The notes below the pieces were generated by a model. It saw only the letters and a program-made list of their open reading frames with translations. It was not told the DNA's origin and did not search any database. Below are positions 1 to 8,707 of a stretch of 64,000 nt of DNA, piece after piece. The stretch is from a virus (Duplodnaviria > Caudoviricetes). The stretch lies in the IMG/VR virus record IMGVR_UViG_3300036821_000136, positions 44,247-108,246 of that record; one strand, written 5' to 3'. The position numbers were made by a program, and so were the translations under genes. Every line of letters begins with the position of its first letter. The stretch's first letter is position 1.

Positions 1-40
1 TGGGTCTACCCGTACCCCCGGCCGCTGCTGGCGGGCGCCG

Positions 41-59
41 CGTAGCCCGGCGGGCCACG
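41..59. repeat. 19-bp palindrome copy (CGTAGCCCG-N-CGGGCTACG family)
   Basis: CGTAGCCCGGCGGGCCACG, one mismatch; identical to the copy at 16355. Confidence 0.7.
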
Positions 60-142
60 GCGCCGCCGCATGTATGTGCCGTGCCCGGGAACGCCGCCGC
101 CCCCGGCGCGGTGCGCGGCGGGGGCGGGTGACGGGCGGGCGG

Positions 143-367
143 TCAGCCTTCCGGCCAGCCCCACCGGGGGCGGGTCCACCGCACCATCGAGCCGACGCGG
201 GCGTAGACCTCCGGGATGTAGAAGAACCGGTAGCGGCCGCCCGGGCAGGCGAGCGTGTGGGCCCGCTGCCCGGTGCCGTCCTGGACGTGGTCGCGGACCA
301 GCGTCAGGCCGTGGTCGTGGCCGCGGACCGGGCAGGCCGGGAACGCCGGCGCGGTCGTGGTCGTCAT
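143..367 (-). CDS. hypothetical protein
   Basis: ATG after GGAGGG RBS; last gene of the leftward operon. Confidence 0.7.
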   Translation of the reverse strand: MTTTTAPAFPACPVRGHDHGLTLVRDHVQDGTGQRAHTLACPGGRYRFFYIPEVYARVGSMVRWTRPRWGWPEG

Positions 368-370
368 CGG

Positions 371-493
371 TCAGCCCTCCTGCCCGGCGGCGGGCGCCGC
401 CGGGGTCTCGTTGTGCTCGGCGCAGGCCGGGCGGGGCCCGAGGCCCCGCCAGTAGCCCGCGCAGGTGCAGGGGCCGCTCATCAGGTTCGCCAT
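371..493 (-). CDS. small hypothetical protein (MANLMSGPCTC...)
   Basis: TGATG overlap with the upstream gene; 40 aa. Confidence 0.55.
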   Translation of the reverse strand: MANLMSGPCTCAGYWRGLGPRPACAEHNETPAAPAAGQEG

Positions 494-627
494 CAGTGGC
501 TCACCATCGCGCCGCGCATGCCCACGCGGGGCGAGCGCCGCCCGGGGCTGACGTAGGCGGGGGCGGACCACACGCGGCGGCCGTCGCGGACGAACCAGCG
601 GCCGCGGTGGTAGGTCTTGCGGATCAT
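493..627 (-). CDS. small basic hypothetical protein (MIRKTYHRGRW...)
   Basis: Preceded by TGAAGGAGAGAGACC RBS; 44 aa. Confidence 0.65.
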   Translation of the reverse strand: MIRKTYHRGRWFVRDGRRVWSAPAYVSPGRRSPRVGMRGAMVSH

Positions 628-639
628 GGTCTCTCTCCT

Positions 640-801
640 TCAGATGTGCAGGTCGGCGCCGGTGGCGGGGTGGTACCGGGGCGGGTCGCTCAGGTCGCCC
701 TCGACGACGGCGAAGCCGCCGCCGACGCGGGCCCACCACACGCGGTCGGTGTGGTCGTAGGTCCAGGGACCGTAGGTGTCGGCGTCGCTTTCGTGTTGCA
801 T
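640..801 (-). CDS. leaderless hypothetical protein (MQHESDAD...)
   Basis: ATG 6 nt after TACCTT -10; stop codon overlaps the next RBS. Confidence 0.65.
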   Translation of the reverse strand: MQHESDADTYGPWTYDHTDRVWWARVGGGFAVVEGDLSDPPRYHPATGADLHI

Positions 802-816
802 ATATATAAGGTACAC
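792..816 (-). promoter_or_regulatory. early promoter/operator cassette copy 1
   Basis: GTGTACCTTATATATATGCAACACG (2 nt shorter than the other copies). Confidence 0.75.
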
Positions 817-912
817 CAACGCCGCCGTGACTTCGCCCGTTCCGGCAGGCCAGGGCACGTTTTCCGGTGTGATGACCGTCCTACGCCCAGGGGCGTCACG
901 GGCGGCTCCACG

Positions 913-939
913 TGGTATTATGTATATATGAGCAACACG
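913..939 (+). promoter_or_regulatory. early promoter/operator cassette copy 2
   Basis: TGG-TATTAT-GTATAT-ATGA-GCAACACG; extended -10. Confidence 0.85.
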
Positions 940-1122
940 ACAGCCACCGCCACCGCCACCGCCGGCCGGAGCTACACGACCGGCATGGTGCACGACGCCC
1001 GGCCGACCGGCCCCGAGGGCCAGCTGACCCAGCGGTGCGGCATGGGCCGCCGCCAGCTCGCCTACCTCGCCCCCACCGACGCCCCGGTCACCTGCAAGCG
1101 GTGCCTGGGCCTCGGCGCCTGA
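928..1122 (+). CDS. leaderless hypothetical protein with His/Cys motif
   Basis: ATG at the predicted +1; VH...RCG...VTCKRC motif. Confidence 0.75.
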   Translation: MSNTTATATATAGRSYTTGMVHDARPTGPEGQLTQRCGMGRRQLAYLAPTDAPVTCKRCLGLGA

Positions 1123-1133
1123 AGGAGACCACG

Positions 1134-1562
1134 ATGACCGACACCATCACCCGCCTGGCCGGCGAGGACCGCACCGCGTTCCTGGCCGCCGCCGCGGCCG
1201 CCGCCGACGAGTTCCTTGACGAGTCCGCCGACGCCGGCGTGACCGGCTGGCCGACCTTCACCCACGCGGTCGTCGCGCTCGGCGAGTACATCACCGCCGT
1301 CGCCGCCGTGGCCGACTGGGGCCGGCAGCCGGTCCCGCACCGCGAGCCGGCCATGACCTCGGCGGCCGCCGTCACCGGCACCGACCGGGACGCCCTGGCC
1401 GCCGCCGTCGCCGCCGCCGCCACCGAGTACGTCGAGGAATCTGAGGCCGAGGGCGAGGACGTGTGGCCCAGCTTCACCGCCGCCCTGCAGGACTTCGGCC
1501 TGTACCTGACCCACGGCGCCGGCGACGCCGACTGGGGCTACCTGCCAACCGCCACCGCCTGA
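1134..1562 (+). CDS. hypothetical acidic protein with two tandem ~60-aa repeats
   Basis: CTGAAGGAG RBS; DR..L.A..AAA.E...ES...G...WP.FT.A....G.Y.T.....ADWG occurs twice. Confidence 0.8.
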   Translation: MTDTITRLAGEDRTAFLAAAAAAADEFLDESADAGVTGWPTFTHAVVALGEYITAVAAVADWGRQPVPHREPAMTSAAAVTGTDRDALAAAVAAAATEYVEESEAEGEDVWPSFTAALQDFGLYLTHGAGDADWGYLPTATA

Positions 1563-1596
1563 CCACCGCCAAACCGGCACTTGAAGGAGAGAGACC

Positions 1597-2172
1597 ATGA
1601 CCGCACGACACGACTGGCAGCCCGGCGATTTCGCCACCTTCCCCGACAGCCGCCGCGGCCCCGACCGCACCGGCATCTACACCGGCGAGACCCGCGTCTC
1701 GACCACCCGCCTCACCGCCCTCGGCGAGGAAGTGACCCGCAAGGTGCCCGTCACCTACGCGATGATCCTCGTCACGCCGGCCGGCGGCCTGGACCACCCC
1801 GGCCGCGGCGCCGGCTCGGTCAGCGTCGACGTGCGCAAGCTGCGCCCGGCGACCCCCGCCGAAATCACCGCCAGCGACGTCCGGCAGGGCTGGGCGACGT
1901 GCCAGGCGCGGGCCGCGGCCGCCGCGGCGTGGTGGGAGGCCGCCACCCCGGCGGTCACCTACCTGATCGAAGCGGGCTACGCCGACGGCCACGGCCAGAT
2001 GGGCATGGCCATCGTGAACCTGCTGCTCGAGGCCGACCGCTACCCCGGCCGGTACGCCTACACGCTCGACCGCCGGCACTGGGTGGTCAAGTACATGCCC
2101 GCCCGGTGGAACGCCGGCGCGACCCACCCCGCCGACCCGGCGCTGCGCGCCACGGCGGGCGGTGCGCGGTGA
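1597..2172 (+). CDS. hypothetical protein
   Basis: TGAAGGAGAGAGACC RBS; high GC3. Confidence 0.8.
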   Translation: MTARHDWQPGDFATFPDSRRGPDRTGIYTGETRVSTTRLTALGEEVTRKVPVTYAMILVTPAGGLDHPGRGAGSVSVDVRKLRPATPAEITASDVRQGWATCQARAAAAAAWWEAATPAVTYLIEAGYADGHGQMGMAIVNLLLEADRYPGRYAYTLDRRHWVVKYMPARWNAGATHPADPALRATAGGAR

Positions 2173-2777
2173 CCGCCGACCTGACCGCCGCCGCGCTCGC
2201 CGCCGCCGCCGAGCTCGACGACGAGGCCGAGGACGCGGCCAAGGCCAAGCCCAAGCCGCGCCACCCGTGCGGGTTCTGCGCGACCGGCGACCACAACCTG
2301 TGCAAGGAGACGATCCGCAACGGGTCGCAGGCCAAGGTGGCTGTGTGGGAGTGCCCGTGCTGGCAGGCCGGGCACACCCTCGGCCGCCAGCCGCCGCTCA
2401 ACCGCACCCCGCCGCGGATGGCCGCCTCGGCGATGCCGCCCCGCCCGGCCGCCGTCGTCACCGTCGACCTGCCCGGCACGTCCCCGGCCGGCCCGCCCGT
2501 GCGCCGGTCCTCGAGGCGGGCCGCGCCCTCGCCGTTCCCGGCCGGCGTGGTCAGCCCGTACGGCTTCCGCAAGGCCCTGCTCGACGCGGGCCTGGAGCCG
2601 GCGTCGTTCCGGCCGCAGACCGTCTACACGTGGGTCAAGCAGGCCGCCGCCGGCGGCACGTTCCCGGTCCGCTGGTACGCCGGCGGCGCCGAGACCGACG
2701 CGGGCGCCGACGGCGCCAAGCCCGGCGTCCCGGTCGAGCAGGCCCTCGCCTGGCACCGGGCGGGCGGCGCCAAGTGA
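2169..2777 (+). CDS. hypothetical protein, Cys/His zinc motif plus possible C-terminal HTH
   Basis: GTGA overlap; CGFC..H..C...CPC; RPQTVYTWVK. Confidence 0.7.
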   Translation: MTADLTAAALAAAAELDDEAEDAAKAKPKPRHPCGFCATGDHNLCKETIRNGSQAKVAVWECPCWQAGHTLGRQPPLNRTPPRMAASAMPPRPAAVVTVDLPGTSPAGPPVRRSSRRAAPSPFPAGVVSPYGFRKALLDAGLEPASFRPQTVYTWVKQAAAGGTFPVRWYAGGAETDAGADGAKPGVPVEQALAWHRAGGAK

Positions 2778-3232
2778 ACGCCGCCGAGATCACCACCCCG
2801 TGCCTGGTCTGCGCGGTGCAGGCCGCGCTCAAGGACTCCGCGTTCTGGGCGGGCCGCGGCCTGAGCTGGCCAGTCGCCGAGGTCGCCGGCCACACCGCCC
2901 ACAAGGCGTGCGCGTCCGAGGTCGAGCACCTGATCGCCGTCATCGGCGGCCTGGCCGTCGACGCCGCCGGGGTGCCCCGCTGGACCGCCAGCGGCAACGT
3001 GCCCCCCGACGACACCGTCGCGCTGATCATCGCCTTCGGCCTGGCCGGCGGCATCGACGCGGTGGCGGCGTCCGCCGCCTACGCCGAGCAGACCGCCGAG
3101 GCGATCGCCGCCTACCGCCGCGAGCGCGAGCTGCAGGGCTACAGCGACGAGGAACTGGCGCAGATGGCCGCCGCGTTCGGCCCGGGCGCCACCGTCGTCG
3201 ACGCGCTCACCGGCCAGCGGATCGAGCTGTGA
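2774..3232 (+). CDS. hypothetical protein
   Basis: GTGA overlap; ends SDEELAQMAAAFGPGATVVDALTG. Confidence 0.75.
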   Translation: MNAAEITTPCLVCAVQAALKDSAFWAGRGLSWPVAEVAGHTAHKACASEVEHLIAVIGGLAVDAAGVPRWTASGNVPPDDTVALIIAFGLAGGIDAVAASAAYAEQTAEAIAAYRRERELQGYSDEELAQMAAAFGPGATVVDALTGQRIEL

Positions 3233-3681
3233 GCAGGCGCCGCCGCCGGCGCGGCGCGCTGTACCTGGTCTGCTACCACCGGCCGTTCCGGCACGCCCGC
3301 CATTACCTGGGATTCGCCTACCCCGACGACCTCGGCCGCGCCGACCCGCTGATCGTCGCGGAGGTCCGCGCCGCGCCCCAGACGCGGATCACCTGCCGGT
3401 ACCTGACCGCCGCGCAGGCCGCCGGGGTCGCCTGCCGGATCGCCCAGCACCGCGCCGGGGTCGGCGCCCGGATCCTCGCCGTGATCGGCGCGGCGGGCAT
3501 CGGGTTCGACGTCGTGCGGATCTGGCCGAGCGCCACCGAGCACCACGAGAAGGGCCTGAAGGAGCTGAAGAACGGCGCGCTGCTGTGCCCGCGCTGCCAT
3601 CCCGGCACCCGCGCCGGCGACGTCATCACGCCGCGTACGTCGCGCCGCCCGCGCCGCCGTCAGCTCGTCCCGGCCGCCTGA
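3229..3681 (+). CDS. GIY-YIG-like endonuclease
   Basis: LYLV...ARHYLG...RIAQHRAG.GA...E..LK...CPRC pattern. Confidence 0.65.
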   Translation: MSRRRRRRGALYLVCYHRPFRHARHYLGFAYPDDLGRADPLIVAEVRAAPQTRITCRYLTAAQAAGVACRIAQHRAGVGARILAVIGAAGIGFDVVRIWPSATEHHEKGLKELKNGALLCPRCHPGTRAGDVITPRTSRRPRRRQLVPAA

Positions 3682-3696
3682 CGAGTGACCGGCGGC

Positions 3697-3715
3697 CGTA
3701 GCCCGCCGGGCTACG
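3697..3715. repeat. 19-bp perfect palindrome CGTAGCCCGCCGGGCTACG
   Basis: Between convergent genes. Confidence 0.8.
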
Positions 3716-3723
3716 GGCAGACG

Positions 3724-3764
3724 CAGGCGGCGGCACCCCCCCGGGGTCGGGGTGCCGCCGCCTG
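3724..3764. terminator. bidirectional hairpin terminator
   Basis: CAGGCGGCGGCACCCC / GGGGTGCCGCCGCCTG 16-bp stem between convergent genes. Confidence 0.7.
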
Positions 3765-3775
3765 GTCGTGCCGGG

Positions 3776-4063
3776 CTACCGGTCCCGGCCGCTCAGCACC
3801 GCCCGGGCGGCCCGCCGGTCGTCGGCGAGCGCGGCCTGCTCGGCCGGGTCGTCGAAGTCCTCGGGCCACAGCGCCGGCGCGATCGCGCAGAAGCCGAGCA
3901 TGAACACGGCGGCCAGCCGGGCGGCGACGTCGCCCGCCGACAGCCAGAGGACGACGACGGCGGCGGCCAGCAGCGCGATCGCCAGCCAGGTCCAGGCGCC
4001 CAGCGCCTGGGTCAGCAGCGCGGCGGCGACGGCGCCGGTGAGGAACGTGGTCAGCGATCGCAT
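3776..4063 (-). CDS. leaderless membrane protein
   Basis: TGT-TACACT-6 nt-ATG; three hydrophobic segments. Confidence 0.7.
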   Translation of the reverse strand: MRSLTTFLTGAVAAALLTQALGAWTWLAIALLAAAVVVLWLSAGDVAARLAAVFMLGFCAIAPALWPEDFDDPAEQAALADDRRAARAVLSGRDR

Positions 4064-4378
4064 GCGCGCAGTGTAACACCGGCGTGACGGTGCGGAGGCG
4101 GGTCGCGGGCCGGCCCCCGGGGGCACCGTGCACTGGGCTCCCTGATAGGCGTGGGGGCCGGCCCGGCCGGGCGGCCCGGAGGTTGCGGCCGGGTGCGCAG
4201 GCATCCTGCGGAAGCGGCCGGGGGCACCGGACGCCCGGACACGGCCAGGATAGCGGGCGGGGACGGCGGCGGCCGGCCAGGCCCGGGCGTTGGGCTGGCC
4301 GGCCGCCAGTGGCGTCGCCCTGCGTAGTAGTACACAGGCGGTGCCGGCAAGATTACGCTGCGCGACCCGCCGCGTCCA

Positions 4379-4396
4379 GTGTGCCCGAGGGCACAG
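4379..4396. promoter_or_regulatory. inverted-repeat site GTGTGCC-N4-GGCACAG
   Basis: Ends 43 bp before the -10 of the cassette at 4436. Confidence 0.6.
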
Positions 4397-4435
4397 CACC
4401 GGACACGTTTTCGGGAGCCGGCACCTGACCTGGGC

Positions 4436-4462
4436 TGGTATTGTATATATATAAGCAACACG
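4436..4462 (+). promoter_or_regulatory. early promoter/operator cassette copy 3
   Basis: TGG-TATTGT-ATATAT-ATAA-GCAACACG followed by CTGAAGGAG. Confidence 0.85.
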
Positions 4463-4483
4463 GCAGACTGAAGGAGCACGACA

Positions 4484-5230
4484 ATGACGAACCAGTACCC
4501 CGGCCAGTGCGGGACCTGCGGCCAGCGGGTCGAGGCCGGCGAGGGCACGGTCACGAAGGTCCGCGGCCGGTGGACCCCGTTCCACGCGGCCGGCCAGTGC
4601 CCGGAGAACACCGAGGCGGTCGAGCAGGCCGAGGCCGTCCTGGCCAGCGCCGAGGTCGGCGACATGCTGGAGCGCCAGTCGCGTGACCGGCACGCCCGGG
4701 CCGCCGCCGACCAGCCGCGCCCCAACCGGTACGGCGGGACCTGCGGCGCCTGCGGCGCCTGGGTCGACGAGGGCGAGGGCACGGCCGTCAAGGTGGCCGG
4801 CAGCTGGACCGCCCGCCACATCGGCGAGTGCCCGGTGCCGGCGCCGGTCGGCATCTACCGCGACCCCGAGGGCACGATCTGGCTGGTCAAGGAGTCCCGC
4901 GGCCAGAAGGACGTGCCGGTCGAGCAGCGCCGCCGGTACGCCAAGAAGATGATCGAGTCCGCGGCCGCCCGGTTCACCGAGGGCGGCGACTCGGTGCGCT
5001 ACGACTGGGAGATCGTGCGCGGCGCGGTCTACCGGCTGACCGAGGACATGCGCGTCCCGCTGGACGACGAGCAGGTGACCGCGCTGATGATCGCCACCGG
5101 CAAGTGCATCGTCTGCGACCACGCGATGTGGGCCGAGAAGACCCTGCGGCGGGCCAAGGAGACCGGCGTGATGGTCGGGCCGGTCTGCGTCAAGAGCTTC
5201 GCGCCGGCCCGGTTCCGCCAGGACGCCTGA
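4484..5230 (+). CDS. zinc-ribbon repeat protein with DUF6011-like C-terminus
   Basis: Two N.Y.G.CG.CG..V..GEG repeats; C-terminal GKCIVC...GPVC. Confidence 0.75.
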   Translation: MTNQYPGQCGTCGQRVEAGEGTVTKVRGRWTPFHAAGQCPENTEAVEQAEAVLASAEVGDMLERQSRDRHARAAADQPRPNRYGGTCGACGAWVDEGEGTAVKVAGSWTARHIGECPVPAPVGIYRDPEGTIWLVKESRGQKDVPVEQRRRYAKKMIESAAARFTEGGDSVRYDWEIVRGAVYRLTEDMRVPLDDEQVTALMIATGKCIVCDHAMWAEKTLRRAKETGVMVGPVCVKSFAPARFRQDA

Positions 5231-5243
5231 CTCCCGCCCGCGA

Positions 5244-5280
5244 GGCGGCGGCCCCCCGGCGACGGGGCGGCCGTCGCTTT
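5244..5280 (+). terminator. intrinsic terminator
   Basis: GC-rich hairpin followed by TTT after the stop codon. Confidence 0.5.
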
Positions 5281-5281
5281 C

Positions 5282-5299
5282 GTGTGCCGGACGGCACAC
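5282..5299. promoter_or_regulatory. inverted-repeat site GTGTGCC-GGAC-GGCACAC
   Basis: Perfect 7-bp arms; ends 44 bp before the -10. Confidence 0.65.
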
Positions 5300-5339
5300 C
5301 GCCCGGACGCTTGTTCGAGCGCCGCCGCCTGACCTGCGG

Positions 5340-5366
5340 GGGTATTCTGTATATATAAGCAATACG
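5340..5366 (+). promoter_or_regulatory. early promoter/operator cassette copy 4
   Basis: GGG-TATTCT-GTATAT-ATAA-GCAATACG. Confidence 0.8.
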
Positions 5367-5380
5367 GGATTGGAGCCCAG

Positions 5381-5743
5381 ATGTACATCGACCACCGCGC
5401 CGAGGCCAGCCGGCACCACAACGAGGCCAGCAAGAACTACCGCCAGGGCAAGCGCGACGCCGAGCGGGCCGCCCGCTACTACGGCCAGGCCGCCGAGCAC
5501 CGGACGATGGCCCGCTGGCTGACCGGCCGCCCCGAGCTGTGGGAGGGCGAGTTCACCCCGGCCGGCAGCGAGGCCGCCGCCCGCACGTGGACGCGGCTGG
5601 GCGACCTGTACCTGCGGTCCTCGTTCTCGTCCACCGAGCGCGGCCGGTTCTACCGCGGCCTGCAGCGCCGGTCCGAGGCGCTGGCCGCCCGGGCCGAGGC
5701 GCGGCTGGCCGAGTGGGAAGCCGAGCGGGCGGGGGCGCAGTGA
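5381..5743 (+). CDS. hypothetical protein
   Basis: Directly after the cassette; GGAG RBS. Confidence 0.8.
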   Translation: MYIDHRAEASRHHNEASKNYRQGKRDAERAARYYGQAAEHRTMARWLTGRPELWEGEFTPAGSEAAARTWTRLGDLYLRSSFSSTERGRFYRGLQRRSEALAARAEARLAEWEAERAGAQ

Positions 5744-6753
5744 TGGGCGGGCTGCGCGTGCCGGACCCGATGAAGGGCACCGACCTCAAGGCGATGATCG
5801 CCTGGGGCCAGCCCGGGCAGTTCGACGCGATCGGCGCCTGGCTGGTCCCCGAGTGGGCCGCCGAGCCCAAGTACGACGGCTGCCGCGCCTTCCTGCAGAT
5901 CCTGGCGGGCCGGTCCCGGTTCGGCGAGAACCGGTCGGCGTCGTTCCCCGACCTGGCCGCCGTGCACGTCGACGAGCCGGTGACCGTCGCCGGCGTCGAG
6001 TTCCCGGGCCTGGCCGGGACGGTCCTCGACGGCGAGCTGGTCGCGGCCGCGCCCGGCCGCCGGGCGCCGATCGGGATCACCGCCGGCTGGTTCGGCTCCG
6101 GCGTCACCCGCGCCCGGATGTACCGGATGCAGTTCGGCGCCCCGACCTTCTACGTGTTCGACCTGCCCCACCTGGCCGGCACCGACCTCACCGGCCTGAC
6201 CTACGACCAGCGCCGCGCCGCGCTCGAGGAGGTCGTCGCGATCCTGGCTGACCGGTGCCCGGACGCGCAGATCGTGCTGGTCCCGCAGCTCCCGGCGACC
6301 GCCGGGGCGATCCAGGCCGAGATCAACCGGGGCGGCGAGGGCGTCATGCTCAAGCGCCGCGACGGCCGGTACGAGCCCGCCGCCCGCCCCGGGCAGCGGT
6401 CGAGGGCGTGGGCGAAGGTCAAGGCGATGGGCACCGTCGACGTGGTGCTGACCGGCGGCTGGACCCCCGGCGACAACACCCGCCGGGGCACCGTCGGGTC
6501 GGTGGAGATCGCGGTCGTCGGCGACGACGGGGCGTGGATCCCGGTCGGGCACTGCGCGGTCAAGCCGGAACTGCTCGGCGCCTACACCCCCGATGAGATG
6601 CCCGGCCTGGCCGGCACCGTCTGGGAGGTCATGGCGGCGGGCGTGACCACCGGCCGCAAGCTCCGCCACCCGCACATGATCCGGGTCCGCGACGACAAGC
6701 GGCCCGAGTGGTGCCCGGCCGGCCAGCTCGACGCGCTGCCCGCCGCCGCCTGA
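5743..6753 (+). CDS. ATP-dependent DNA ligase
   Basis: Motifs EPKYDG, VLDGEL, YVFDL, EGVMLK, WAKVK, LRHP. Confidence 0.92.
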   Translation: MGGLRVPDPMKGTDLKAMIAWGQPGQFDAIGAWLVPEWAAEPKYDGCRAFLQILAGRSRFGENRSASFPDLAAVHVDEPVTVAGVEFPGLAGTVLDGELVAAAPGRRAPIGITAGWFGSGVTRARMYRMQFGAPTFYVFDLPHLAGTDLTGLTYDQRRAALEEVVAILADRCPDAQIVLVPQLPATAGAIQAEINRGGEGVMLKRRDGRYEPAARPGQRSRAWAKVKAMGTVDVVLTGGWTPGDNTRRGTVGSVEIAVVGDDGAWIPVGHCAVKPELLGAYTPDEMPGLAGTVWEVMAAGVTTGRKLRHPHMIRVRDDKRPEWCPAGQLDALPAAA

Positions 6754-6816
6754 CCACCCCGCAGACTCCCGGCCGCACCCGCGGCCGGGCGCACCAACAC
6801 TGAAGGAGAGACCACC

Positions 6817-7374
6817 ATGACACCCCGCAAGATCGCCCTGGCCATCGCCGCCGGCGTGGCCGCCCTGATCATCACCGGCGGCGCGTCCGCCGCCGTGGCG
6901 GTCACCCTGGCCGGCCACGGCCAGGCCGCGCCCGCCGCCGCCGCCAGGCCCGCCGCACCGCGGACCACGGTCCCGGCGCCGCGGCACACGCCCGCGCCGC
7001 CGCCCCCGGCGGCCACCTCACCGGCCAGGCCGTACACGCCCGCGCCGGCCGCCCCGGCGGCGCCCGCCGCCCCGGCGCTGACCAGCGCGACCGCCGTGAT
7101 CGCCCAGTTCTACCAGGACCTGACCGACCACGACTATCCCGGCGCGTGGGCGCTCGGCGGCAAGAACATCGGCGGCCAGGACTACGCCTCGTGGGTGGCC
7201 GGCTACGCCACCACGGCGAGCATCACCCTGCTGACCTACGGCCAGTTCGACAACGGCACCGTCTGGGCAACCCTGTCCGCGGTCCAGTCCGACGGCAGCA
7301 CCCGGACCTACTCCGGCACCTACACCGTCGCCGGCGGCGTGATCGTCGCGGCGAACATCACCCAGACCAGCTGA
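6817..7374 (+). CDS. secreted or membrane-anchored protein with Pro/Ala linker
   Basis: Basic N-terminus plus hydrophobic stretch; CTGAAGGAGAG RBS. Confidence 0.8.
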   Translation: MTPRKIALAIAAGVAALIITGGASAAVAVTLAGHGQAAPAAAARPAAPRTTVPAPRHTPAPPPPAATSPARPYTPAPAAPAAPAAPALTSATAVIAQFYQDLTDHDYPGAWALGGKNIGGQDYASWVAGYATTASITLLTYGQFDNGTVWATLSAVQSDGSTRTYSGTYTVAGGVIVAANITQTS

Positions 7375-7430
7375 CCCCGCCAAACCTAGGAAGGACCTGC
7401 CCGGAACATATTTCCCTGATATATATCGCG

Positions 7431-7468
7431 CCGCCCGCGCCGCCCCTGACCTGGGGCGGCGCGGGCGG
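7431..7468. terminator. hairpin terminator
   Basis: CCGCCCGCGCCGCCCC-TGACCT-GGGGCGGCGCGGGCGG. Confidence 0.65.
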
Positions 7469-7490
7469 TCTTCCCGCTAGGCTGGCCGGC

Positions 7491-7883
7491 ATGGACAGCC
7501 CAGCGGTGCCGGGCAGGGTGGTTTCATCGCGGATCCTGGACGGCCCGGTCCGGCTGTGGTTCGCGGTCACCGACGCCGACGGCAGGATCATGGGCGCGGC
7601 CCCGATGCCCGTGCCGATGCCCTGGCTGTGGCGGGGCGGGCAGCTGTGCCTGGCCTACACCGGGCTCCGGATCGTCATGACCCGGCCGGGCCGGTACAGC
7701 GACGGGCTGATCTGCGCGGTGACCGAGGGCGAGCAGGCAGCCCCGTTCGTGCCGATGTGGCAGGTCAGTCTCGGCAAGCCCGAGGACATGCGGGCCGGCG
7801 ACGACGTGTGGATCGGCGACGGCGTGATCGTGATCATCCCGGAGGGGCAAACTGCCCTGCCCGCGGCGATCAGGCCCGCCTGA
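7491..7883 (+). CDS. hypothetical protein (probably leaderless)
   Basis: TAGGCT 7 nt before the ATG; high GC3. Confidence 0.65.
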   Translation: MDSPAVPGRVVSSRILDGPVRLWFAVTDADGRIMGAAPMPVPMPWLWRGGQLCLAYTGLRIVMTRPGRYSDGLICAVTEGEQAAPFVPMWQVSLGKPEDMRAGDDVWIGDGVIVIIPEGQTALPAAIRPA

Positions 7884-7888
7884 CCCGG

Positions 7889-8707
7889 TCAGCCCGCCGC
7901 CTGGGCGGCCGCCCGGTCCCGGCCGATCGCCCACGCCACCGCGACCACCTCGGCCGCGGTCCGCCACAGCGGCGGGAGCTGCCCGACGTTGAGCCACCGG
8001 ACCCGCCCGGTGAACCGCCACCCGGCGGCGGCCAGCGCCGCGTCGAGGGTGCCGGCGTGCTCGGCGCCCCACACCGCCACCGCGTCCCGGCCGGGGTCGA
8101 TCGCGTCGACCGCCAGCTGCGACCGCTGCTCTAGCAGCACCGCGTACAGGTCCGGCGACAGCCGGCCGGTCAGCCGGGCCATCCACCGGGAGTGGCGCCG
8201 GGCCAGCCGCCGGTAGGTCACCGGCGCCACCGCCGCCATGTAGCGGTCCTCGTGGCGGCCGAGCTGCTCCGACGCCTGGGCGGCCCGGGCGCCGGCCGCC
8301 GCGATGGGCTCGGTGCCGGCGATCCTGATCAGCTCCAGGTCGGTGAGGTCGGTGACCGTCCACGTGCTGCCGCCGATCGCCTCGCCCTGGAACACCCAGC
8401 CCAGCCCGGCCGCCATCGCGGCGGGCCGGTCGTGGTAGAGCCCGCGCAGCACCTCGCGGGCGGCGCGCTCGGCATCGGTCGCGGCCGCCCACTGCCCGTC
8501 GGGCGCGGCGCAGATCCCCTCCAGGTAGACGGCGGCGCCGCGGTCTTCCAGCTCGGCGATCCGGCGGCGCATCAGGGCAAAGTAGCCGCGGCTGCCGATG
8601 TGGTTGTTCAGCACCAGGACCAGCGTCGCCTTCGTGTCGGCGTGCCGGTACCAGCGCACCGGCGTCGCCAGCGTGCGGGCGCGCAGCCGCATCACGCCGC
8701 TAGGCAC
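7889..8707 (-). CDS. TraB/GumN/Tiki-superfamily-like metal-dependent hydrolase
   Basis: N-terminal NNHIG, VYLEG, conserved R, C-terminal VWGAEH; overlaps the MFS stop codon. Confidence 0.55.
   Translation of the reverse strand: MPSGVMRLRARTLATPVRWYRHADTKATLVLVLNNHIGSRGYFALMRRRIAELEDRGAAVYLEGICAAPDGQWAAATDAERAAREVLRGLYHDRPAAMAAGLGWVFQGEAIGGSTWTVTDLTDLELIRIAGTEPIAAAGARAAQASEQLGRHEDRYMAAVAPVTYRRLARRHSRWMARLTGRLSPDLYAVLLEQRSQLAVDAIDPGRDAVAVWGAEHAGTLDAALAAAGWRFTGRVRWLNVGQLPPLWRTAAEVVAVAWAIGRDRAAAQAAG

Noticed and set aside
5366-5378. GGGATTGGAGCCC resembling the cluster K mycobacteriophage SAS
   Set aside because: Single copy; adequately explained as an ordinary RBS
5743-6753. Ligase as part of an NHEJ (Ku/LigD) system
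   Set aside because: No Ku, polymerase or phosphoesterase domain is seen in the window
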